Assembly: GCA_965153285.1 (NCBI GenBank)
Contig: OZ229121.1
Source: Podarcis tiliguerta
Taxonomy: Eukaryota
Length of the DNA stretch: 64,000 nucleotides
Direction: 5' to 3' (one strand)
Shown piece by piece: positions 38,361-52,180 of the stretch; position 1 is the first letter of the stretch; each line of letters starts with the position of its first letter. The notes under the pieces are model-generated. The model was not told the DNA's origin, searched no databases, and was given only the letters and a program-made list of their open reading frames with translations. The position numbers and the translations under genes are program-made.

Positions 38361-39481
38361 TTATAAGTAGCAATTCTTCAATCTCCTCCTGAGAGTGGAA
38401 TACAGTTCTGGGCCCTTTCTGATATCCAGAACTATAATCCGATGCTGGTTTATATTGGAGACTTAGATGGCGCATTGAGTCCGAAAGCCTGTAGGCAGCT
38501 CAGGCAGAACTGCCGTGGAAGCATAAGCAGATAGTTTAGATGTATCCTTCGTCCATTGGGCTGGGAAGGGTGACACCGCCATTTGAAAAGTTGTGGTCTC
38601 ACTTGCCGTGCAAAAGAGAAGTAAACATTGCTGTGAATAATCTGGAAGTGTGCGTCGAACTGAACCACCCCAAAGGACTTCCTTTCTTATTTACTATATC
38701 CTTGAAGTGCCCTGTCCCGCATGTTTGTTTGCTTGTTGTTAAGAAATAAAAGAGAATAGGCTGGAAAACAATATCGCCCCCTCTCCTCCCAGTTAACATG
38801 GACCTCTTTTTGTTTAAAGTCTTTGTTTGGTCTGTCCTGGAGAATTCTCTTCTGCTAAATCCACTGACGCTCGAAAATCAAGAGGAGTGTCCCCAAACTG
38901 TTAAATCAATGATTAGTATTGAAGTATGATTGCGGATCTTCCCTGACTTCCGTAGTCTTACGCTTGGATCACCCCCCTTTCCCTCCCCCTCTTTCTCCAT
39001 TGGGGGGGGGGGGGAGAGCGAGCCCGAAATGAAATCACGCTGAAAATAGCAATTTTACTAGGAATCATTAATCACCTCCTACAATAAATACTTCTTTGTA
39101 ATTCAACAGCGATTCTGAAAGGCATTCTCTTGGAAAAAGGTCTGAGAAGACACGAAGGATTTTCCTGGGGAAAATGGGTTCATGTAGAAAGACACAGTCG
39201 CTTGGCTGTGCCATGAAAATGTATGCTTTCTGGGTGGAGAACAGAACGAAGACTGGAAAATGCACGTGGCAGATCAACATCATTCAAGGTAATGTTTTTA
39301 TTTGATTTTTGGGGTTGTTGTTTTTCTGTTTATGCCTTTCCCCTTGAAAACGCAGTGCGCTTCACTGTGATGTGTAGGTGTTGGTTGTTTTTTTTTTAGC
39401 TTGGCTGCCATAATCGATGTAACAATAAGTTCGAAAACTACACCCGACCATTGTCCTGGTTTGTGCGAGGGCAATGGGGAG

Positions 39482-39498
39482 AGTTCACCGAAAGGACA
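39482..39498 (+). promoter_or_regulatory. DR5 RARE 3' of HOXA4 (neural enhancer type)
   Basis: AGTTCA-CCGAA-AGGACA, 2.9 kb downstream of the HOXA4 stop; resembles Hox4 3' RAREs. Confidence 0.75.
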
Positions 39499-39614
39499 AA
39501 TTTTCTATCCCATTAATTGTTTTTTTAAGAGAAGCAGACTGACCCATCAAACCCTTGACCTTTAAAGGCAGGATTCTTTCTAGCTGCTGGACCTAAATCT
39601 GCTCCTCTTGCCCT

Positions 39615-39651
<37 letters not shown>

Positions 39652-40946
39652 ATTGTATATTACCAAAGAAAGCGGCTCTGGATCCTAAAGGTGGAAGCGC
39701 CTTCATGTTTCAGACAGAGTATATGCAAATGCCAGTCCTTGAAACATTCGGGCGTAAAGGTCTAAGCTCGAAAGGGTCCCAACCACAATCAAACAAGGGA
39801 GGAGGGCTAGAATTGTGCTGCTTGCCTTTTCCTCCCACTCAGAGATGTGGCATGCGCGGCGCAGGTTTGTTTGTTTGCGTTTTTATTTTATTGCTGCCTT
39901 TGGGATTCACCCATGGCCACCATCCAATGCTGAAGAGGGATTGCCACGTGGATTCCTGGAGAAGGGACTGGCCATTTTGGGTTGCAGCAGCTACAGGAAG
40001 AGATGGGTTTGAGTATGTAAGGGAACGAGAAGGGAGGAAGGCCCAGACTGGTGGGATTTGGCTGGTTTCCATCTCATGCTGTCTATATTTTCCCCAATTT
40101 TGTAAGCAGAAGGGTGTGTGTGTGTACGTGGCGCTGTGTAGGGTTAGAGGATTGCAAAGGACCGTTTCGCCTCTCTCCCCCCCCCCTGCCCCCAATACAC
40201 ACAACCCATCTTCAAACTTTAGGCTCATATTTGCTAACTTTGAGCGTGTGAAATGATCGCCGCAGGCCTCCAGACGATTCTACAAGCTCCAACACTCCTG
40301 GTCCAAGTCTTTCATGCCCAACAGATGCTACAGAACTAGCTTGTAACTCTGCTCCCCTCCCTACTTTCCTTTTAAGAGAAGTGCCCCTCGGTTTGCTTAG
40401 CTTGTTCACTACAGAAATATACAGATCAATATCTTGGTGACACCATTTCACCGGGCAACCTCAGCGTGAACCGACCGGGAAGACCAATAAACAAGAACTG
40501 CGAGGTTTTGGATGTGATTTATAGTATGCGGAGAAGAGACATTAAAAAAAAAAAGACAGACAGAAAGAAAGAGAAAGTTTCAGAAAGAGAAAGTAGTGCC
40601 TTTTTCCTACACTTCCATTACAAGAGAGACAGATGGACACCTAAGACAGAAGTGCTACTCTCCGGGCAGAGACAATCTCTGACGCGCGCAGGCTTGGCTA
40701 GGTTGAGAAGGAGGAGTAGGTGTGTAGATATTGTTCTTGCCCAGCTTTGAGGGAAATGTTAGCTTTGCAGTTCTGCTAATTGCCAGCTCCCTCCAGAGCA
40801 GTTTAATTTACTCACTCCTTTGGCAATGCTGCGGCCCAGGAGCATTAGGCCGCCAAGTTCTCTTAACTTCATACTTTGACCCCATTTGAGCTCATTGGTG
40901 CTGTTGCCTGTTTCATGAATAATAAGCAGTAGTCCCCCCCCCCCTG

Positions 40947-41085
40947 TTTTAAAGCACATATTACCCCTCCTTCAAGAATCCTGAAAGCTGTCGTTTACCC
41001 CTCCAGAAAACTACAGTTCCCAGCACCTTTAACAAATTATGGTTCCAAGGATTCTTGGGGGAAGCGGGGATGTGCTTTAATTATA
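40947..41085. mobile_element. Palindromic MITE-like repeat (AACTACAGTTCCCAG type)
   Basis: Inverted ends TTAAAGCACAT..AAGAATCCT / AGGATTCTT..ATGTGCTTTAA. Confidence 0.6.
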
Positions 41086-41123
41086 TGATGCTCAGGCAAC
41101 TGTAAGTTAGGCGCCTTGAAATC

Positions 41124-41340
41124 TGGGTTGAATCCAACCTAAGGTACCTGCACTTGGATGCCATTGAAATCGATGCGACAAGTCAGACATTAAGCCTGCA
41201 AGCCTAACCCCACTTACCTGGAAGCCACCCTCCTTGCATGCAATGGGGCTTGCTTCTGAGTAGACGTGGCCAGGATTGCTCTGCTAATGCCTGAAACCGG
41301 TGGGCCCTAAGTGCAACTAGCTCGTTCTAGATAAAACCCA
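41124..41340. mobile_element. Older palindromic element interrupted by the family A copy
   Basis: Imperfect TIRs TGGGTTGAATCCA / TAGATAAAACCCA and inner inverted arms TGCACTT / AAGTGCA. Confidence 0.45.
41194..41284. mobile_element. ~90-bp palindromic MITE-like element (family A) with TAA target duplication
   Basis: GCCTGCAAGCCTA..CACTTACCTGGAAG..CAATGGGGCTTGCTTCTGAGTAGAC..AGGATTGC, flanked by TAA at 41191-41193 and 41285-41287. Confidence 0.7.
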
Positions 41341-41956
41341 CCGCGCCTAAAGTGCTGGCCAGTCCTCATTGCATCTCATCCAGTCGAGTTTCCGCCGGCC
41401 TTGCTTCCTTTCTGGAACTGGCCAAGGTGTGAAACACCTTTGTCTCCCAGGACTGGGTAGCAGCACTCCTGCTGACCTCAGAAGAGTCAAGTTGTCACCC
41501 CACCCGACCAGTTCAAAGGGAATACTGGCTAAATAGGGTTATGGCCCACGCCGTGGCCGTTCTCTTAGCGACTCGCCTGCCTGACATCCCTATCGCCAGG
41601 ACTTTTTATCAGGCGGTCCCTGTTGTGATGAAAGGCGTGGGTTCCAAATCATGTCTGCTGCCCCAACCTGCTGCCACTGACAATAAAAAGTCGAATTCAA
41701 ATGACTGATTCGGGGGCTCGGCCGCTTCATTCTGCCTGGGCCTGACAAGCCCCGCGTTATTAATGCCCAAATGATCTCCCCAGAAACTGAAAAGCTGTCA
41801 AAAACCGGCGAGATGATGAGGCCTAAATAAGCAATAGAGAAGCACTGCGAGGGTAGATAAAGGTGTTGTGTCTGTTCTTCTCGGGTATTGAAATTTTAAT
41901 CTAGCCGGTTTGGGGAGGGGAGGGTTGGGGGGTGAGAGAGAGAGAGAAAGGATGGG

Positions 41957-42190
41957 ATGTCACGTGACATTAAATAATTAATGCAGATCTTCACGAATGG
42001 ATCTGTGACGGTCAGTTCTCACTAGTAGGAGTGATTCTTTCCGAAGTGAAAGGGAACTTCCTCTTTGACTTTATTATTTTTTTTATTAATAAAAAAACAA
42101 AACCCCAAAAAAGCATGCCTACCTGGTTTATCTTTTGCAAGGCTCCTTAAACTCCTTAAGCGAGCAATAAGGGGGATGAGGTCGGTAAGT
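41957..42190 (+). promoter_or_regulatory. Candidate distal HOXA3 promoter and non-coding first exon
   Basis: Perfect 14-bp palindrome ATGTCACGTGACAT (41957-41970), then TTCTCACTAG and a donor TCG|GTAAGT at 42184/42185. Confidence 0.5.
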
Positions 42191-44150
42191 ATGCGCAGGC
42201 CGGTCGTGTGCCTGGACTGCCTTTCATTGTTTGCACTTGCCTTCCTTTTTGATTGGGGAGCCTTGATTTAAGCGACGGGGAGATTTACGAAATGTTCCAT
42301 CTTTGTTGCGAAGCTGCCTTGTGGTCGCATTATGCCTTTTTGGTGATTAAACCTAAAGCGAGGCGAGGCGATTTGATAACGTTCGAGTACTAATTCACAC
42401 ACTGTGGAAAGTTGCCACAGTGCGGGAGTCCTGGCTTTTTGTGTGTGTGTGTTTTCCCCCCAATTTGCCAGGCGTTCATAAATCACCGGCTCGCAGAGCA
42501 GGGCCAAAAAGAGAAACCGGAGAGGCGGCGGCGGCGGCGGCAGCAGCAAGCATTGTGAGGAAGGGAATAGAGGCAGGCGAGGCGAGGGGGGGGGGGGGGA
42601 GGACGACAACAGAAGTCATGGACACATTTCTCTATGACTCATCATTAAGCAGCGCGATTTAGTACCCAGTTAAAGCACCGCAATTAATAGCAGAGTTTTG
42701 TGATAAGGTCCCCCCCACTTTAACTCATGGCGTTTTGTTAAGTGCTCCATTGCTACTTTCTAACTTTAAAGCTGCAAAGGAGCAGCCCTCCCCCCCCACC
42801 CCAAGAGGTCTCTAAAATATCATAGCATGTAGTTTAATCGTTCCCAAATATACCACCAAAAGCTATTGAGTAGCACGATGCTGATTTAATAGTAAGCACA
42901 TTAAGTGGTTCTGTATGCTACTACTTTCGATTGTATTACGGTTTACCACGCGATGGGCTGTTTAGGAAGTAGTTTGAACGTTAAACACCAAAGGAGTTTC
43001 CCAGAATAGAGAATTGGTAGGATAGAGAGCGAGCAAGAAATATTATTATACCCTTAAATACTCCTTGGTATAGAAGCAGCTGTCTGGCAAAATCCACGGG
43101 CAGTTCCAGAAATCGAAGTATCTTACTAATGCGGGAGTGCCATAAAACCCCCAGTAAGCGATTTAGAGCTTCTCCTTTCTTTTGTCCTGCTAGATGCCTG
43201 CTTAGCACCAAATCTAAAATTATAATGGTCATTACCAAACGATCCAATTACCAAAAGCAAATTCTATCATGCCAAGTTCTCCCAAGATGAGATTTAAAAC
43301 TTTTTTTTTCAAGCCTTCGATGACATTATTCCAAGAAACAGCACTAAGCAATTATTAGCAGTCACTTTTGCTAGCCAGGCGAAGGAGAATCCAGCGGGAC
43401 ATTTAAAAAGGGGCGGGGGGGAGGCCTGTCAGTGGATTGCGGAAAGCAGGGCGAAAATCTTATTGTTACTATAAATGATTAATAAATATATTTAAATAAA
43501 ATTATTATTGCTTTGAGAAAGTCAATATCCTTATCTTCAAGCTACTTTCCCGCCAACGGACCAAAGAACAGCCATTTAAACCCACAACACACGTCGGTCT
43601 CCCCTGTTTCAACACTATTTTTGTTGCTATTGTCCCTAGTCTGATTTTTAAGTCAATTGCAGCCAATGGGAGACAGTTCAGGGACGGCAGATCAGGCCCA
43701 CAGATTCAAGTGTGCGCCTAGTTTCGACCAAAGTGTGCCTTGCATTTAAAGGAAGGAGTCACATTCTTATGCCATTAAACAGAGATGAACGTGGCCAGTT
43801 GTATTTAATGTCCTTGCTTGATTAAATGATGCTAAACAAAGGCTTCCCAGTGGAATATGAAGCTTACATTTCATAAAAGAGGAATTATAAGATATTCACA
43901 GGGAGAATAGTTGTCTTCATAAGAAAGGAGCTTATCTTTCAATTTCATACACCATTGCAAAAGGCAATATTTTTACGTGTGTTTTTTTTCTAAAAGAAAA
44001 AAACCCGCAACTCAACAGCGTCCTTTTAATGATTATATACCCACGAGGATCTGCTAAAACAACTCAGCAGCTGACCCACGTCTTGTCTCGAAAATAATGC
44101 TCATCCCCTATAGTTCTCTTATTTAGCTATTGCTTGTTCTTTATTTACAG

Positions 44151-44232
44151 CACTCCGGTGCACCGGAAAATACGGTTTAAAGACACCTACAATCTGGAAA
44201 CAATTCTGCCCGGTGGTTGGAAACGCGAGGAG
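44151..44232 (+). other. Candidate 82-nt non-coding internal exon of HOXA3 5'UTR
   Basis: Strong acceptor TTGTTCTTTATTTACAG| and donor GAG|GTAAGA. No transcript data are available. Confidence 0.35.
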
Positions 44233-45855
44233 GTAAGAACCCTGTGGGTGGAAAGAGGGGGGGAAAAAGAAAAGAAAGGAATCTGTTGTCCAATTGTTTA
44301 AAATAGTTTCATATTGCAGAGAAGAGGATTCGGTTTGCTAGCGCTTGTTACAAAGGTTACTGTGAGCTTCGGGTTTGATAAATAGCTAAATCGGTTGGAA
44401 TTTTCTGCACTGCGCCAATTCATCTTTCGTCGTCGGTGAATGCACGTCTTGTCAAACAAAGAAATACATAGAGCCTAAGTAAGAGCAATTCTTTGAGAGC
44501 CATTCAGAACAGGGAGGGTTGCACACGGGCTGGAAAGAGCTGGAGAAGCCAATGAAGTCTTTAATGAAAATGCATTTTGCTTATAAAATCCAGCTCTCTC
44601 AGGATAGGCTCGTGATTAAGAGCAGCTCTGCATGTAGGATAGCCTGCTTGTTGTTTGCTGTTCCGGGGTGGCTTTAGATTGTTTAGAACATGAGAACAAA
44701 AGTCACCTTTGCAACTTAGAATACCTGAGTATTCTCTATGGCTGCTAGCAACTACTACTAGGAATCAGTGATATCGCATCTGCTTTACTTGCTGTTGTAG
44801 TGAAATTTAAAATTTTCTCTAGCTGGCCTCGTTTACACCCAGCTGAAGGCAAACGAAATATATTCATTGGCGGCATCTATTCATTGAAAACTGCTCTTAA
44901 TCCTAATAGAGGTGCCTTGCACTATTCTCTCATTTCAGTTCTTAAAATCGATGAAAACGCTTAAAACGCCACCATATGATTCCCCCCCCCCCTTTTATTA
45001 ACCAGCGTTAGAAGACCAAGGGATATGTAGAGCCGCTTGAGTTTCCTGCTAGAATTACCTGCTTTTATGAGGCTGAAGTACAATTAGTTTAGTTTACTAC
45101 CTTTTAAACGGCAGGCATAAATTACAAGCCTACAAAGGCTTGTTGTGTTGATTTAGCAGCTTGTTGAAATTCTCCCTGCTAAAAGGCGCTGCGAATGCCC
45201 CTTCCTGAGCTATTTCAAGACAAAATGTTGATTTAAAACTATCAACATTCCAAGAAGGGGGGTGGGGAGGGCAAATTACTTTAAAATACAAAACACTTCC
45301 AAGTGTCTGAAATATAGCCTGACCGTATCCTCCCAGAAATAGCCTAGAATTTTCTAAGAATCGTACTCAATGCTTAAATTTTATATCCCCATTTTTCTGA
45401 TAAGGATGCATGAAATTTGGACAAACTTTAAAAGATAATAGATGTGATGCAGCGCAGCTGTCCTAGTGCTTAAACGAAAAAGATAAAATTACTTAAGGGG
45501 AACCCAAAAAACCCAACACCCCCCCCCCAAAACCTAGTGACATAAAAAACTCACACCAGGCTCTGATAATAACAGAGTCTCTATGAGAACGTCATTTCCT
45601 AGCTCTGATTACCTTGCTTTGCATTTTCAGACATAAACGTGACATAAAGTGTTCAGAGAAGTTCACTCGGTTTCTTCTCCGTGTACACAACATTTTAAGG
45701 TTAACCTTAATAATCAGCATTCGTTTTAAATGAGGCGTATTGCGGAACGGAACTTTAAACTAAGCCCAAAACTCAATTCCTCTAAAGCAAAAAGCACAAA
45801 TCGCTTTATGTAATCTAAGCATGGATAGCGGAAGGGAAGTCCCACTTTCTTCGGA

Positions 45856-45946
45856 GGATTCTCTGCTCAGTATATTTACTTGGCAGAAAGTCCCACTGAA
45901 ATCAATAGGACTTACCTCTGAGTAAATATGCTTAAGCCTCGCAGCT
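45856..45946. mobile_element. Family A copy
   Basis: TATTTACTTGGCAGAAAGTCCCACTGAAATCAATAGGACTTACCTCTGAGTAAATATGCTTA. Confidence 0.55.
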
Positions 45947-47201
45947 TTCAAATTCGTAGAGACTTTACAGCTTAGTTGCACTTGGATGCTAACCAATCAT
46001 TTGAAAAACGACGTCCATTGATTTCAGCGCTCGCTCTCTCTCCCTCCAAGTAATTGTGTCTTGGATCTCGACCTCATGTCTACTCCGCGCCTTCTTTCTT
46101 CCGCATGCATTCCACTGCTATGTGTGCAGAAAGAGGCGGGGCAGCCTAGCCCTGTTCCCTAAAATGAAATGTAGCGTTTTTAGCTCTCCCAAAAGCGTTC
46201 AGATTTCCCAGTCCTCGAAGTAACAGATGAAGGCAACGGAGAACCTCCGCGAGGAAGGCAGAATGGGTGGCGAGGCTGCTGCCTTCCTGTCCATTCGCAT
46301 TTGTATTTCTCAAAATTCAAGATCTCTGAAGTTCGACCCAAGCAAATGAATTCCAGGTCAGCTTTTTGGTGGGTTTTTGTTTTGAAAAGGAGAAATAATA
46401 AGCAGAGTTACCAGGACTCCAGTGAAGCAAGCTTGTCTCCTATAATGCACAGCCTGAAGAATTAGCTCCTCATAAATCACCAAGAAGTTACTTTTCTTTA
46501 GGAGAAAAAAAACCCTCCACATATTCACTATCCATGCAATACGCACCGGAGTTAATAGTTCAACGGCAGATTTCACATTAACTTGATCGTTAAAACTAAT
46601 ACAGACCTACATAGCAAAGGGCCCTTCCCTTGTTTAAAAATAAGGAAAGGGGAAAAGGATGTACTCATAGATGGCGTTAAGGCGTGGAAGTTGAATCTGC
46701 ACCCCAGAGTTATGATTTATGGCTTTGTAGTTTCTATTTGGTAAAGTCATCTTTCTGCTTCTGACTCAAAGCAGTCGATAACGTTTTACTCGAGATTCAG
46801 GAAGATTTGCTGCGCCTACCTCCCCCATCTGCTCCATTATCCATTAATTTTGGCTGCATTGTTGCTGAAGAACTTGTGAAGGCCTCTTTTGACTGCGCTG
46901 AAGGCACTTTAGTTTAAATGCCTAGGAATCCATCTCTTGGGTAAGGGTGCTCCCTGTTTAAAGTTTAGCATTTGTCAGTGGAACTATTAGTGATGGACGT
47001 GCCTATGACTATTCTGCAAGTTTCCCTTGAATACTCCCCTCACTTTCTTTTTTAAGGTTGCTTGTGGCCTAAGCTCTGCAGGTTCTAGTCCTATCAAGCG
47101 GTGTAATTTGGTTCCATTAAAGGGTATGTTCCGGGAAGGAAAATGTATAAAGGTAGCTTCGAAGTAATATATCTTTGGGCATTCTGCCACTGAGTTCAGT
47201 G

Positions 47202-47205
<4 letters not shown>

Positions 47206-47246
<41 letters not shown>
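47206..47246. repeat. (GAAA)n microsatellite
   Basis: About 10 units. Confidence 0.9.
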
Positions 47247-48581
47247 TTGCTTTCAGAGGCACTTTGAGCTTATGAAAACTCTGAGCCTAGAGAGCTTCTG
47301 GGTGACAAGGGGAGCTTTTTGTGCGCGCCCTGAAATCCCCGCATTTCCACTTAACACGGTTGTGGAAGGAGATGAAGGTTACTAGTGTGGTTAAATCCAC
47401 CAACCTCTTAAAAGTTAAGTTGCAGTCAAAGGAATAGGACGGCTCATAATTTGATCATAAGGCTGGCAGACGATACATTTCATCTGCTCACACATAGTAA
47501 ATGGGGTTCTCTCCCCGCCCCGAGCCCTAATGCAAGTGATGAAAGAAATAGAATACAGTGAAACTTGCTTTAGAGTTGGTTGGAGGAACAACTGAGAGGG
47601 ATGTTACATAGGAAACCGGGCAAGAAATTCAGAACCACCATCGGCAAAGTGGGCCCGTAGTGCATTTAAGGTAGAAACGACGTTTGTCTTGTAAGACATG
47701 GTCACTTTGTTAGAGCACTATGTAACTTGTGGAAACTGAGCAGAAAGAAAAAGAGAGCTTTTAGATCTGCATACAAATGAAAGATTAATTCATTTCTGAG
47801 GCTCACTCCAGGGACCTGTGTGAGATCTCTCCCCCCCCCCCTCATTTCTTGCTTGCTTTTTCTTTTTCTTTTTTTTTAAAACCCTTCTCTCCGGACAGTT
47901 AGATCATTATTCCGCGCTAAATATTTCATCGTTCCAGAACCCTATAATTTTGTACATCACTCAAGTACTTGCATAGGAAATGCGTAAGAGCAGGTTGAAA
48001 GAGAAGGTCCCAACAGAGTTTGCAAAATGTAGATCCACCACAAAGCCAGCAGACGCCTTCCTCCTCCTCGTCGACGTCCTCCTAGGGTGTTAACAAGTAT
48101 AGAAGCCCACCAACTCTATACCAGAGGATCCTCGGGCCTTTTGTCAGGTAATTACGGGTCTTTGGGGTTCCTACAACGGCTCTGCTGTAACGTGGGTGTT
48201 CAGCAAGCTCCATTCAATAGAAGTACAGAGGAGCCCGTGGGATGGCGGATGCCCCCCCTTTAATACTGAAGGGCTTTTCCTTATGGAAATAGTGGCAGAA
48301 GTTCATCTCGGATGGAGCCAGCTGCCCTTTTTCCTCTAAGGGTCAGCGAAGAGTTTCTCCTTCAGAACGAGGCCAGTTGGTTAGCCTCAAAAAGTTATGG
48401 GTAATCACATGAGAGAGAGGGGGGGGGAATTGTTGATTCTTCCTATCTTCCGTCTGAAACGTATATAGAAAAATATTCGTGGGAGGAGTGGGATAAAAAA
48501 AATAAAAGATAATCTGTGCCCCCCCCTTCTTGGCTAAAGCGTAAGGAGGGGTGAGAGAAGAAACAGAAGAGAAAGGAGGAG

Positions 48582-48615
<34 letters not shown>

Positions 48616-51600
48616 CTTGCGCTTCCAACCCTTGTTCCTTCAGTGATTCCCTATTTCAAATAAAAGGATTTAAGTTGACGTATGACCACGTGAGCACATA
48701 ATACAGCGCATTATTGTGGCATTTGGAGTGGAGACCCGGACTGGCTTCGCCCGTGATTACGTTTTTTCCGTTTCTGTTCAGAGCAAGAACTGCTTTCTAT
48801 TATCCACCATCAGCGCCGCCGCCGCCGCCTCCCCCCCCCCCAAACTACCAACCCACCCGCTCACCCTCGGAGAGAGAGCTTCCACTCGGGCTACGGCGCT
48901 CGGTCCTTATGGAAAGGTTATCGCCGGACTGTTAGGACGCGATGCTTCGTTTAAAAAAAAAGAGAGGATGGATTTTATTTTAAGGTATTTCCGCCGATTG
49001 TTCCTTTACCGTGGGTGACTTATGGCTGGGCGAGGCAAAGGTCAGGAGAAAAAGCTTAAGGGTGTATATGGACACCAGGCAAGCCTCGTTCCCCCCTTTG
49101 TTTCCCTGGGCTTGTGGAAGGGGGGCGAGAGAGAGAGCTTTGCAACAAACAGATCAGAGAATATTTGCCCCCCCCCCAAGGTTTTGGATTTCTGCGTGTT
49201 CTTGTGGCTGGGCTTTGTTGTGGCTTTTTGTTGTGGTCTGGATGCTTTAGTGGCCGTTGTTATTTAAATCGCCCAACAGAAGCAGGAGAGGAGAGAGTCA
49301 GGGCTTTTGCTTGTTCTGTTTATTATATACCTCTGATGCTGATTTAAGTGTGTTTTGGGAAGCGTCACNNNNNNNNNNNNNNNNNNNNNNNNNNNNNNNN
49401 NNNNNNNNNNNNNNNNNNNNNNNNNNNNNNNNNNNNNNNNNNNNNNNNNNNNNNNNNNNNNNNNNNNNNNNNNNNNNNNNNNNNNNNNNNNNNNNNNNNN
49501 NNNNATGAGCATGCAATTCTGCTACCATTTTATTTATGCTGCTTACTGGTATTTTGTTGACTGGTGGCCCATTTAACGCGCGACTGGTGGGATCGTCACC
49601 ATTCCAGGAGAGGAGAAAGAAACCAGGCGGTTTTCCTGCTCTCCCTGCTCAATTTTCAAGCTGTTTCCCTGTCTTCTCTCTCTGTGAGAATGGAATAAAA
49701 GCATCCATCCATACCCCATAAAAATCAATGGGAATATTGGAGCGCGGGGGGGGGGGGGGAGCTGTGGTTGGATTGAGCAAGGATCTGGAAAGGAAAAGAG
49801 GGCGCTTGAACCTATTTCTCTCTCCAAAAGCTTTACATTCGCAGTTAGATTTCCTCTACCTCTCACCAAGCCTTAACCAGCTATTCATTCAGTTTTATGG
49901 AGGGAGATGCACCGCAAATAAGAGGGAGGGGGAATGAAAGCACTGCTTGTGTTATACAAGGGGACAAATGTTATATAAAATTACATCCACCACTGAGTCC
50001 CAGCATTGCTAAAGGTCAGAGTGCTGACTTTTGATTTATGTTGCCAGTGGGCTAGGGGCAGAGCGCTCGCCTACACGCTGCTGCACCTCCTCCCTCTCCC
50101 TTCTTAATGCCCAGTTGCAATTATTCAATTCAGGGTTAGATTTTAGAATTGGGGGTTAAGGAGCAAAAGCTTCTTCTTCTCCTTCTTCTATTATGAATAA
50201 AACTCCCTTATCTAGAACATGATGGTTGTTTAATTCTAGAATGTGTCTTGCGGATATTGCATATTTCCCCCCTTCCCTGATCTGTTCACCGACCAGATCC
50301 TAAATTAATAAATGAAAAGTAAGCGGATCCAAATTGTCCAGGCATCTCTTTACACATATGCACCTCTATACACTCTTTCAGATAGATATGAAAGAGGTGG
50401 GGGAACTTTTTTTTTCTTTGTGGGGAGGGGGGAGGGGAATTAGATTTCAAATAGGCCGAAACCTCTTTGGGAAAACAAATAAATAAAATGCAAGTTTTAA
50501 TTGTGGCTCAATTACTTTGCCACGGTTTCTTATGATTTATGACCTAGTTTTGGTGCATTTTGACCCAGTTAAAACAGTCATAAATAATAGGAGTGCTGAA
50601 CCTGATATGAAAAAGGGCTTTCGTGGACAAGTGTTGGAAAGTAAGTAAATAATAATAATAACAATAATAATGATTCCGGTTAAAATCCTCAGTATATATG
50701 CTGAGTAAATACAAAACGAAGTGTCAATAGCGGTTATATGGGGTTTGATAAGATAAACAGTGATAAGAGACCAAAGAGGCTTCTTCTGCCTAAGGTTGGA
50801 AGCGATACACTTCTGGCATTGAGATCCAAAACACCCTTACCGGGAAGCAAATGCCATAAAAAGCCAATGGTACTTACTTCCAAGTAACCAAGCTGAGGTT
50901 CGGCGTATTAAGCGTCTCAGATTTGCATTTTATCAAGACTCTGTACCAAACAAGCCTCTCTCCCTGCAATTAAATCAGTTGAGTAGTTCTTCTCGGTGCT
51001 TTCTTGCAGTATAGTTATTCCGGAGTTCTGAATAATTTTCTCTTCCCAGGAAATATAGATATTTATATTTTCTTTCACAATGCATTCTGAAATCTTTGGG
51101 CTGTTTGCCGAAATGATCGACGAAACTCCCCTGGATTTTCTACCCAGAGAAGAGAAAATGTTCGTTTACAAACTTCAGCTCCTGGTTCAAAATGTAGTGT
51201 AGTATCAGTTTGTTGGTTTGTTGGTTTTTCCGGTGAGCAGCCCACCCCCAGGTTGCAGAAAGGATTTTCAGGGGAGGGAGGGGCAACCTGAGATATTCAT
51301 TTATTCCCCAGTATAATCCAGTTAACTGGAAACATATTTATGCCGCTTGACTCCCAGTGGCATAAATCCAAACATCGTGGCTTCTTAGAAAGGGGAGTAT
51401 TAGGAAACTGCAGCTATATAAAGTAAAAGTAAGATTTATTTATTTTTAAATGATCAGGTTGGATAGAGAAAAGATACAAAGCCTAGAACAGAATTCGGGG
51501 TGGGGGGGTAATTTCACTTATTAAATTAAATAGCCTATTTAATTTAAATATTCAGGGCTTAGAAATCCACCCCCGCTTCCAACCACAGATCCTTTATCTG

Positions 51601-51904
51601 ATTTACCTCTAAGGTGAAATATGTTATCTCTGCATCAGAACATTGCTCGCCACAAAATTATCCTAAAGTAATTCCGAAGTGTGACAGAGCGCTCCCACCT
51701 CGCCATCGCTGCCGGGAATCCCAAGACCGCCTTTGTGGCAAGTGGGGTGCGCGCGCGGTGGATACCCGGACCGTCTTCTGTAATTTGTTCCGGAGAGGGG
51801 TTCTCTCTCTGCCACCCGCTTTGCTCCCCACGCAAATCCTCCCCCAGTTTCTTAGCCGGCATCTTGCTCTCCTTTTTTTGGTGGCTTTAAAAAAAATGAA
51901 AAGT

Positions 51905-52180
51905 GTAGCATCAGCAGTTTTCAGAAGAAAAGTACGAGGTTGATTATTGACCAAAAGAGGCGTTTTCTCTTCCAGCGCAACTTTCAAGGGGTTGTTTGTA
52001 GCAAAAAACTGCCTACCAGTGAATTTTTGGGGGGCCCCCTCCTACGCCGCTCAGCTTTCCCCTTTCAAGTTGGGAGCCGCCGCGATCTGCTACGAGGAGC
52101 AAGTGTTTTCTGTTGTGAAGCTCTGTTTACAGCTTGGGCGCACGGAGTCATAAATCTTGCCTAGCCATAAATGACAAAAA
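51905..52180 (+). promoter_or_regulatory. Hoxa3 rhombomere 5/6-type enhancer (Kreisler/MafB plus Hox-Pbx and Prep/Meis sites)
   Basis: TCAGCAGTTTT (Maf half-site with AT-rich flank, 51911-51921), TGATTATTGA (51941-51950), TCATAAATCT (52148-52157) and CCATAAATGACA (52165-52176). Order and position match the described Hoxa3 enhancer as I recall it. Confidence 0.7.

Noticed and set aside
40260-40350. Possible highly degenerate squamate short repeat
   Set aside because: Only a vague resemblance, with no clear TIR or TSD.
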